32,000 nucleotides of DNA from Geotalea uraniireducens Rf4 (GTDB taxonomy: Bacteria > Desulfobacterota > Desulfuromonadia > Geobacterales > Geobacteraceae): the NCBI RefSeq assembly GCF_000016745.1, contig NC_009483.1, positions 870,001-902,000 of the forward strand. Reading direction: 5' to 3'. The position numbers and the translations under genes are program-made. Of the stretch, positions 26,001 through 31,362 are shown in pieces. The number at the start of each line of letters is the position of its first letter. Position 1 is the first letter of the stretch. Under the pieces are notes generated by a model that was not told where the DNA came from, made no database searches, and saw nothing but the letters and a program-made list of their open reading frames with translations.

Positions 26001-26158
26001 TGCAGATGGCGGTAGGGCTTATTACCCCCACATCGGCCCAACTGGCGACGGGCGACGTGGCCCCGCTGAGCAATGGCAAGCCCGCGCCGGATGGGGCCAT
26101 CGACATCGCCGACGCCATGCTGATACTCGAAAAGGCGGTCGGGATGCTGACTTGGTAG
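20030..26158 (+). CDS. Giant (2042 aa) secreted mosaic adhesin: DNRLRE-like N-domain, 2 IPT/TIG, 3 x (Ig-like + FN3), Ig-like domains, right-handed beta-helix (choice-of-anchor-Q-like), Big_1-like, MBG-like, further Ig-like domains and a C-terminal dockerin-like module
   Basis: GGGGAGG RBS. Signal peptide '...ISFVATLLCMVLTQPLSSFAASV'. IPT/TIG 'PTVTGISPSSGPVAGGTSVTISGANFT.ATAVTFG'. FN3 'VPGAPTIGTATAGDTQASVTFTAPASNGGASITGYTATSNPGG...GLTNGTAYTFTVTATNSAGTGS'. Beta-helix 'GGAISA..T.....F.GN.A..GGAIFNN......N.T.A.N.A..GGGI...' ending in 'DQRSMPRPQNGLCDMGAYE'. The tail is 'GDINGDGKVDIADALLALQMAVGL...GDVAPLSNGKPAPDGAIDIADAMLILEKAVGMLTW'. Confidence 0.9.
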   Translation: MSIRMTSAKILRGRISFVATLLCMVLTQPLSSFAASVTLDAADDVYTDSSRIPTAGYTTTDMASVKDDSMSKIVNYVGRTPSISVLNGRTVVKFNLSGISGAINSASFKFNVIDIHGTPILNLIKVTDNSWSEQPVGASTFPTYTDTDYITQNSTPYSNQSVTTGWNNINVKDYIQEKINAGSPYVTIAMTGYATGATDDDFDFVSLNNGDALIPTLTVDYTPPPTVTGISPSSGPVAGGTSVTISGANFTSATAVTFGSTNATSYTVNSATQITATSPAGSAGTVDITVTTAGGTSATGASDQFTYIAAPTVTSISPTSGPTDGSTSVTITGTNFTGATTVTIGGAAATSVTVVNATTLTATTPSGTAGVRDVVVTTPGGTGTGTGLFTYKASQTITFNSPGAQNFGTTPTLTAIASSGLTPTFTSSTTGVCTITSGGALTFATTGTCTINAGQAGDSTYLAALPVSQSFSVAAVVPGAPTIGTATAGDTQASVTFTAPASNGGASITGYTATSNPGGVTGTCASSPCTVTGLTNGTAYTFTVTATNSAGTGSASAASNSVTPAAAQTITFNNPGAQNFGIAPTLTATASSGLMVSFTSSTTGVCTVTAGGALTFVTAGTCTINADQAGNGSFTAAPMVTRSFAVNAVVPGAPTIGTATAGDTQASITFSAPASNGGASITSYTATSNPGGLTGTCASSPCTVTGLTNGTAYTFTVTATNSAGTGSASAASNSVTPAAAQTITFNNPGAQNFGTSPTLTATATSSLTVTFTSSTTGVCTVTAGGALTFVTTGTCTINADQAGNGSFLAATTVSRSFTVIAVVPGAPTIGIATAGDTQASVAFTAPVSNGGASITGYTVTSNPGGLTSSGASSPITVTGLTNGTAYTFTVTAHNSAGTGSASSASNSVTPNPGPTVVNVAVPANGIYKAGSNLDFTVTWDSAATVTGTPRIALLIGSAMVYATYQSGSGTASTLFRYTVLPGQTDTDGITVGALSLNGGTIQNSSGTDATLTLNSVASTVNVLVDTTAPTLSSIATSNPTHSGGTLTATANENALGSWIAVSSSATAPTVAQVLAGADYGGVTVVAHGSGALSAGSAVSFSLSGLVAATSYDIYLAAQDAAGNPSAAVSSATLITTTTRVVTTSSDSGPGSLRQTIADANPGDIILFDPSLSGQTVTIASPLVIAKDLSIGGYDARPITINGGGTTRIFQVSGSTTFTLNYLTLTDGVATDGGAISDNVNATTFISLCTFSGNTATAAGGAISAAGTMSISDTLFAGNSAVQGGAIFNNNALSLVNVTLANNSANSGGGIYSSGGSTLVKNTTIAGNNATVQGGGIEIASGAVGFRNSIVAGNTSPSGPDISGFATSLGYNLVKDTSGATFTVTTGDLTGQDPLLGPLADNGGPIKTMALLLGSPAIDSGACTGASATDQRSMPRPQNGLCDMGAYERGVPAALTATGGTPQSAAIDAAFATPLKAKVTDSLGGVMEGISVTFAGPGSGADITADGSVTTDAAGIASYGVTANGTAGAYTVTATVNALIANFNLTNDKANQAITFNPPATATFGDAPIALSATGGASGNPVIFSVASGPGSLNGATLTITGAGNIVVTASQAGNANYNAAPQVIRNIAIGKGAATIALGSLNATYDGTAKAVTATTTPAGLAVIVTYGGSSTPPTAAGSYPVAATIDDANYSGTATGTLVIAYSATPPVLTISTLADGSVTNNATLNVSGQATSINGITSVTVNGAAVTLAADGTFSQAVTLQAGTNTVTTIATDNAGTTTTDSRTITLDTTAPVITITTPADNSTLAASSVTITGSVDKNATVQATANSGSPQSAAMTNNTFTVTLNLAGGSNTIVISATDLAGNSASVKRTIVSDTTKPTLAITNPSQDITISEPALTISGTVTDALTDVSVTITCDGKTYTPQVVDGAFQQQLTFVMAKQYAITVTATDQAGNSVTTQRNVIYALSSLPSGDINGDGKVDIADALLALQMAVGLITPTSAQLATGDVAPLSNGKPAPDGAIDIADAMLILEKAVGMLTW
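21206..22762 (+). repeat. Three perfect-period tandem coding repeats of 519 bp (173 aa: Ig-like + FN3)
   Basis: The units start at 21206, 21725 and 22244 ('A[SA]QTITFN.PGAQNFG...SNSVTP'). The antisense shadow ORFs 21646..22074 and 22165..22593 are also offset by exactly 519 nt. Confidence 0.9.
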
Positions 26159-26199
26159 TAATAAAGGATATGAATCCGAAGATATTACGAGGAGATAAC

Positions 26200-27360
26200 A
26201 TGAAGATATTTGCAACCATAGCATCGTCGCTGCTGTTAATGCTTGTCATCACCGCCTGTGGCGGCGGTTCCAGTCCCACTCCCGTCGCCGCCAACACCAC
26301 CGTCTCCGGCATCGCCTCCAAGGGCCCGATCGTCAACGGCGTAGTCAAGATATATTCGGTCATAGACGGCGCCAAAAGCACACTGCTCGCCCAGACCACC
26401 ACCGACGCCAACGGCAACTACACCGCCAATCTCGGCAGCTACGTGGGTCCGATCATAGTCGAGGCGAGCGGTTCCTACCTGGACGAAGCCACCGGCACCA
26501 CCAAGACCATTCCAGCGGATTCTCCCATCCACGCCGCGCTCCCCTTGGCGCAGGGCGCGGTCAACCTGCCGGTAACGGCCCTAACCGAACTTGCCTACAT
26601 CAAGACCGGGGGCGACCTGACCGCATCGGCAATCAGCACAGCCAACACCCTGGTCTCCGATCTCTTCAAGGTAGACATCATCGCCACCTCGCCGGTTGCG
26701 CCTACGACTGAAGCTCTTAAAACCGCCACCCAGGCCGAGAAGGACTACACCCTGGCTTTGGCGGCCATTTCCCAGATGGCCAGCACGACAACCGGAGCCA
26801 GCGACACCGACAAACTTAACAATGCGCTGTCGACCATGGGACAGGGCATATCATCCACCGGGATGACCTCCGATACCGCCGCCACGGTCCAGGCTGCCCT
26901 GACCACCTTTGTCACTACCAACGCCAACAACAATACCGGCGTCAGCGACACCTCCACCACCAGCCTGGTAAACATCGGCACCCTGTCCAAGAGCTATAAG
27001 CTGGTGCTCCAGGGAACATCCACCCCCGGCAGCGTTACCGGCCTTCAGTTCAATATCTCTCTCCCGGCCGGCGTCACCGTCAATGTCAACAGCTTAACCT
27101 CGGCCGTCCTGGCCAGCAGCCTCGCCCTTTCTAGCAATCCATCTTCAAGCTCATTGCTGGCGGCAAAATACTCACCCGGCAGCCTAAACATTGGCATTGT
27201 TAATACAAGCGGGTTCAGCGTTGGCGACGTGGCCACCTTGACCTGCAACATCCCCGCTGGAGTGAGCGTACCCGAGCCCTCAGCCTTCACCGTCACCAAC
27301 CTCAAGAGCATCGACAAATTAGGCGCTACCGTGACAGGAGCCACGATTACAGTTAATTAA
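26200..27360 (+). CDS. Lipoprotein, a paralog of 13430..14575 (SKGPI beta-sandwich, helical middle, cohesin-like C-terminus)
   Basis: The ORF is open from 26152, but GAGGAG plus ATG 26200 gives MKIFATIASSLLLMLVITAC (lipobox). It is collinear with 13430..14575 over its full length, and the C-terminus reads 'VTGLQFNISLPAGVTVNV...GSLNIGIVNTSGFSVGDVATLTCNIPAGV...DKLGATVTGATITVN'. Confidence 0.85.
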   Translation: MKIFATIASSLLLMLVITACGGGSSPTPVAANTTVSGIASKGPIVNGVVKIYSVIDGAKSTLLAQTTTDANGNYTANLGSYVGPIIVEASGSYLDEATGTTKTIPADSPIHAALPLAQGAVNLPVTALTELAYIKTGGDLTASAISTANTLVSDLFKVDIIATSPVAPTTEALKTATQAEKDYTLALAAISQMASTTTGASDTDKLNNALSTMGQGISSTGMTSDTAATVQAALTTFVTTNANNNTGVSDTSTTSLVNIGTLSKSYKLVLQGTSTPGSVTGLQFNISLPAGVTVNVNSLTSAVLASSLALSSNPSSSSLLAAKYSPGSLNIGIVNTSGFSVGDVATLTCNIPAGVSVPEPSAFTVTNLKSIDKLGATVTGATITVN

Positions 27361-27371
27361 ACGAAAGAATC

Positions 27372-27420
27372 AAAGGGGGGCGGCTGCTTTTTAAATAGAG
27401 CAAAATGCCCCCTTTTTTTT
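27372..27420 (+). terminator. Rho-independent terminator of the 20030..27360 operon
   Basis: 'aaaggggggc' ... 'gcccccttt' stem followed by a T8 run (27413-27420). Confidence 0.6.
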
Positions 27421-27433
27421 CAATAATCATAAC

Positions 27434-27462
27434 TTGTACAAATATATAAAATTAATTAATAT
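27434..27462 (+). promoter_or_regulatory. Candidate sigma-70-type promoter (TTGTAC-17 nt-TAATAT) in an AT-rich spacer
   Basis: The hexamers lie at 27434-27439 and 27457-27462. This would give a ~310-nt leader before ATG 27780. It is a pattern match only. Confidence 0.3.
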
Positions 27463-27648
27463 GTTGACGCTATTTTTAATACTTCTTTGCTCTGTCTTGC
27501 TTTTCTGGCAGAAAATAACTTCGTTTATCTTGCAGGTGACCGGATTGAGCCGGGAAGCCGTTGAAAACGTGGTCCTGTGAATCGAGACCAAGGTTTTTAA
27601 AACCTCGGTGACCGTGGGAACGATAGTTAACTTGGCATCTTGGAAGCC

Positions 27649-27696
27649 TGACCCCGTCTGCGGTTGACCCCGTCTGCGGTTGACCCCGTCTGCGGT
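27649..27696 (+). repeat. Perfect 3 x 16-bp direct tandem repeat 'tgaccccgtctgcggt' in the leader of 27780..28301
   Basis: I read it directly: 27649-27664, 27665-27680 and 27681-27696 are identical. Confidence 0.95.
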
Positions 27697-27779
27697 TTTG
27701 TTGCAATAGCCGACACTGTTGCCATTGCCGTCAGGGCGCATGCAATGCGCCCCTACAAAACCAACCGGGAGAACAAACC

Positions 27780-28301
27780 ATGACAAAAAATATACTGAAT
27801 CACCTGACGCTGACGCTGACACTGTTAACCCTTGCCGCCTGCGGCGGGGGTGGAGGAGGAGGGGGGGCGACCGTCACCCCGACCGTCTACACAACCGCAA
27901 CGGTCAAGATCGCCCTGACCGGCACCTTGCCGACAGACACCGCCATCATCGGTGCCGTCTTGACCCTGACGCTGCCGGACAACGTTATCCCGGAACTGGT
28001 CAACGGAGCCGTGGCAGGCAGCGTTGTCACGCCGTCCGGTGTCTTTGCCGGAGGGGCGCTGATTCCGGTGGTTTACAAGGAGGCTACAGCATCTGCCCCC
28101 GGCATGGTGGTGATTGGCCTTGCCAGCGCCGCGGCAACGGGTGTTGCCGAAACAGGTGAGGTAGCCACCGTCACCCTGCGCCTGACCAACAGCGCCGCGC
28201 CGACCGCCGGAAGTTTTACGCTGGATCAGACGGTGACTGATACCTCGGGCAAAGTCGTCAGCGGTTTGAGTGCGACGGTGAGTGGGGTGACGCTGCAGTA
28301 G
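27780..28301 (+). CDS. Small lipoprotein consisting of a lipobox, a Gly8 linker and a single cohesin-like beta-sandwich
   Basis: GGGAGA RBS. 'MTKNILNHLTLTLTLLTLAACGGGGGGGG'. The body reads 'TATVKIALTGTLPTDTAIIGAVLTLTLPDNV...PGMVVIGLASAAATGVAETGEVATVTLRLTNSAAP...DTSGKVVSGLSATVSGVTLQ', which is the same strand pattern as the C-termini of 13430 and 26200. Confidence 0.8.
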   Translation: MTKNILNHLTLTLTLLTLAACGGGGGGGGATVTPTVYTTATVKIALTGTLPTDTAIIGAVLTLTLPDNVIPELVNGAVAGSVVTPSGVFAGGALIPVVYKEATASAPGMVVIGLASAAATGVAETGEVATVTLRLTNSAAPTAGSFTLDQTVTDTSGKVVSGLSATVSGVTLQ

Positions 28302-28428
28302 ATTGATGAAATGGTTCGTCCAAGCCGGTTGCGTCGAACAAATCAGAATCGGGCAAAACGAAGAACCGTCGTATAGAGGCGGTGTTCAACTGCGAATAAG
28401 CGTGGCGTAAATAGATGGTGAAATGAGA

Positions 28429-28461
28429 GAAGGCCCTTCCGGTTGTATTGGAAGGGCCTTC
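28429..28461 (+). terminator. Perfect 12-bp hairpin terminator after 27780..28301
   Basis: 'gaaggcccttcc'-loop 'ggttgtatt'-'ggaagggccttc'. The downstream T-tract is weak ('gtgtggtg'). Confidence 0.55.
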
Positions 28462-28522
28462 GTGTGGTGCGGTAATGAGATGACGTGTGCCTTCAGTCGA
28501 TTGCCGCTGCCGGTCAACCCGT

Positions 28523-28552
28523 TTGACACGGTTTTGACCTGTGTGCTATGGT
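28523..28552 (+). promoter_or_regulatory. Candidate sigma-70 promoter for the regulator/kinase pair (TTGACA-18 nt-TATGGT)
   Basis: The hexamers lie at 28523-28528 and 28547-28552, ~40 nt upstream of the proposed GTG start. It is a pattern match only. Confidence 0.35.
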
Positions 28553-28592
28553 GAGTGCTTATATTCCTACCATCATGTGGAGGGTCGCCATC

Positions 28593-29246
28593 GTGACACC
28601 AATCCGGGTTCTTCTGGCCGATGATCATCAGCTGTTTCGGGAAGGGCTGCGTCATATCTGCGAGGCGGTGGGAGAATTCGAGGTCGTCGGCGAAGCCGCC
28701 ACAGGAACAGAGGCGGTGACCATGGCCCGCGACCTGAATCCCGATGTCGTCTTGATGGATATCCAGATGCCCGAAATGGACGGCGTCCGCGCCACTGCTG
28801 CTATTACCTGCGAGAGGCCGGACGCCAGGGTCATCATCCTGACCATGTACCGGCAGGACACCTATGTCTTCGAGGCGATCAAGGCCGGGGCCAGGGGATA
28901 TCTGCTCAAGGACGGCTCGGGGGATGACGTGGTTGCCGCGGTACGGAGCGTGGCCCAGGGAGGGGTGATTTTGCCGCCGGATATGGCTTCTCTGGTCTTC
29001 GAGGAATTCCGGCGTCTGGCCGGGGATGAACAGGACGGCGTCCCGGACGAACGGCTGACTCCGGGGGAGATGGATGTGCTGCTCAGGATCGCCCAGGGGG
29101 ATGACAACCGCCAGATAGCGGCGGCATTGAATGTCACCACCAAGACGGTGGCCAACCGTTTAAGCGAGATTTTTTCCAAGCTGCACGTCAAAAACCGTAC
29201 CCAGGCGGCCTTGACGGCCCTGCGCAAGGGGTGGGCCGGACTATGA
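28593..29246 (+). CDS. NarL/FixJ (LuxR-type HTH) family response regulator
   Basis: The ORF is open from 28548. GGAGGG at 28579-28584 favours GTG 28593 (M-TPIRVLLADDHQ), with ATG 28575 as the alternative. 'DVVLMDIQMPEMDG'. HTH 'LTPGEMDVLLRIAQGDDNRQIAAALNVTTKTVANRLSEIFSKLHV'. Confidence 0.9.
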   Translation: MTPIRVLLADDHQLFREGLRHICEAVGEFEVVGEAATGTEAVTMARDLNPDVVLMDIQMPEMDGVRATAAITCERPDARVIILTMYRQDTYVFEAIKAGARGYLLKDGSGDDVVAAVRSVAQGGVILPPDMASLVFEEFRRLAGDEQDGVPDERLTPGEMDVLLRIAQGDDNRQIAAALNVTTKTVANRLSEIFSKLHVKNRTQAALTALRKGWAGL

Positions 29247-29253
29247 CATTGAA

Positions 29254-31086
29254 ATGAAATTGACCCCGCGACATATCCTTATTGCAGGCTTGCTTGTCAT
29301 CCTGGCCGCTCTGGCGATCTGGAAATGTACCGCCACAACGACTCCCGGTGCGGTTCGTTTCACCGGCGACTGGCATTATCGCTGGGAGCAGGGGGGGGCG
29401 TGGCAGCCATACCTGCTGGAAAGTCCGCCGGAAAGGGGTGGACATACCGATCTCTGGCTGGAGACAACGATACCGGATACCGGCTCGGCCCGTCAGGCCC
29501 TCTTCATTCCCGCCTATACCGCCTTCCAGTCATTTGAGGTCAGAATGGGCGACCGGCTGTTGTATCGCAGCGGCATGCTGCCCGCAGGCTTTGCCGACCG
29601 TCACCGTTACCTCCTGTGGCACCTGATAGACCTGCCTGCCAATTCTGCCGGAACTCCCCTGATCTTTCACTTTTCGTCCACACATCACCGCTGCATCGGC
29701 CTGATCGGGCCGGTCTGGCTGGGCGAACCGTTCAGCATCCAGAAGCATTTCGTGATGATGCAGCTTCCCGTGGCCATCCTCGCCGCCCTCTTCATCCTGG
29801 TCGGCGTTGCCTCCCTCGCTGCTGCCCGCTTCTTCACTTCCACCTCACGCGCCCAGTTGACCGCATTCGCGCAAACGGCCCTGGGGGCGGGGTGCTATCT
29901 TTTTTCTGAATCGACCATCTGCCAGATGGTGATCGATCCACCGGTTCTCGCCTCGTACCTCCATTATCTCTCCTTCTTTCTGTTCGTCACCGGTTTCTGC
30001 CGTTACTTCGAGCCGCTGACCGGCGGCGTCAACCGCACGATTACCACCCGGATCTATCAATTGTTCGCTGTATATCCGCTGCTTGCCACACTGCTGGACC
30101 TGTCCGACCTCGTCAGTTGGGATATATCGTTTTCACTGGCGTTGCAGCTGGTCATGGTCGTGGTTTGCTGGTTTGCCATCCTCATCTGCTCTCCCCGTTT
30201 CAAAACATCCGCTCCCCGTGACGCGGCCCTGATCAGGGCCGCGTTCATCCCGCTGTTCATCGCCGGTCTGTTCGATGCCGCCACCGGTCTGCAACTGATC
30301 GGTTCCGGCCCCCTGTTATATCCATGGGGATTGCTCGTCCTGATGTGTGTGCTGTTCTATCGCGTCCTGGCGCTCGACCGGGAGGAGAGGGAAGCGGCCC
30401 GCCTCTCCCTGGAAAAGTCGCGGCGCGCCGAGGAGACGGCAATCGACGAGGAGCGGCGGCGCATCGCCCGTGATATCCATGACGGCGTGGCCCAGGACCT
30501 GGCCATGATGAATATGCGCGCCAGTGTCTGGGAGCATCTGGTTCATTCCAACCGGGAAAAGATGACCGAAGAAATCAAGCTGTTCCGGAAGCTTCTGCAC
30601 AAAAACATCGGCGAGGTGCGCCGGGCGATCTTTGCCATGAGGCCGGTGGAGCTGGATGAACTCGGCTTTAGCGAGGCTGTCGGGCGCTACGTCAAGGAAT
30701 TCGGGCAGTACACCGGTCTGCGGATCGACCTGGAAATGGCGGGGGATATAGCCATGCCGCGTCAACTGGAATTGGAACTCTACCGGATCATTCAGGAGAG
30801 TCTCAATAATATCGCCAAGCACGCCGGGGCAACCGAGGCAGGTGTCAGGATAAGCGATGACGTCGCCGGCTGTTTGACCGTCTCCATCGCAGACAACGGC
30901 AAAGGCTTCGATCTGTCAGCTCTGGCGCAGAGTCCGCGTCTGGGGCTCAGGCAGATGAAGGAACGGGTGGAGCGCCGCAACGGAACCTTCCTGATCGACA
31001 GCGGGCCGGGCCGGGGTGCCGCCATCACCATCTGTTTTCCCATCACTATTACCGCCGATGAAGGCATGACACCGCTTTCCACCTGA
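29254..31086 (+). CDS. Sensor histidine kinase: periplasmic domain, 7 TM helices, then HisKA_3 and HATPase_c; a paralogous architecture to 5426..7408
   Basis: N-terminal anchor 'HILIAGLLVILAALAIW'. Periplasmic segment 'GDWHYRWEQGG...'. I counted seven hydrophobic helices. H-box 'ERRRIARDIHDGVAQDL'. 'ESLNNIAKHAGA...DNGKGF...GLRQMKERVERRNGTFLIDSGPGRG'. Confidence 0.85.
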   Translation: MKLTPRHILIAGLLVILAALAIWKCTATTTPGAVRFTGDWHYRWEQGGAWQPYLLESPPERGGHTDLWLETTIPDTGSARQALFIPAYTAFQSFEVRMGDRLLYRSGMLPAGFADRHRYLLWHLIDLPANSAGTPLIFHFSSTHHRCIGLIGPVWLGEPFSIQKHFVMMQLPVAILAALFILVGVASLAAARFFTSTSRAQLTAFAQTALGAGCYLFSESTICQMVIDPPVLASYLHYLSFFLFVTGFCRYFEPLTGGVNRTITTRIYQLFAVYPLLATLLDLSDLVSWDISFSLALQLVMVVVCWFAILICSPRFKTSAPRDAALIRAAFIPLFIAGLFDAATGLQLIGSGPLLYPWGLLVLMCVLFYRVLALDREEREAARLSLEKSRRAEETAIDEERRRIARDIHDGVAQDLAMMNMRASVWEHLVHSNREKMTEEIKLFRKLLHKNIGEVRRAIFAMRPVELDELGFSEAVGRYVKEFGQYTGLRIDLEMAGDIAMPRQLELELYRIIQESLNNIAKHAGATEAGVRISDDVAGCLTVSIADNGKGFDLSALAQSPRLGLRQMKERVERRNGTFLIDSGPGRGAAITICFPITITADEGMTPLST

Positions 31087-31116
31087 ATCACCTCTATAGC
31101 TATTCCATTCAAACAA

Positions 31117-31147
31117 GACCTTCGAGGTTTTAGAAACCTCGAAGGTC
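31117..31147 (+). terminator. Perfect 14-bp hairpin after the kinase gene (terminator-like, no T-tract)
   Basis: 'gaccttcgaggttt'-'tag'-'aaacctcgaaggtc'. A related imperfect copy lies at 27586..27609. Confidence 0.5.
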
Positions 31148-31362
31148 TGCCGCATTATCGAATAATTTAATTTGCAACAAGGGTAATTATACTGCGATCG
31201 GCGGGAGTTTTGACTCTTGCCAGCTTTTTTGCGGACATTTAATAATGTTACAGACACTTCCCGTACCATGGAGCATCCCCTGTTTTCCTTACATGGGGGA
31301 GCGGCCTCACAAACCGACCCGGCAAAGATTCGATCAAATATTCACACCAAGGAGCGCCAGCC

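Noticed and set aside
27649-27696. Possible CRISPR array (identical short direct repeats).
   Set aside because: The repeats are only 16 bp long and directly abut each other with no spacers. No cas genes are present in the window.
27427-27822. 131-aa minus-strand ORF spanning the 27.4-27.8 kb spacer.
   Set aside because: It runs through the terminator T-tract, the AT-rich promoter-like block and the 3 x 16-bp repeat, which it would translate as a repetitive 'RRRGQPQTG'-type string. It overlaps the start of 27780..28301 and has no RBS or domain signal.
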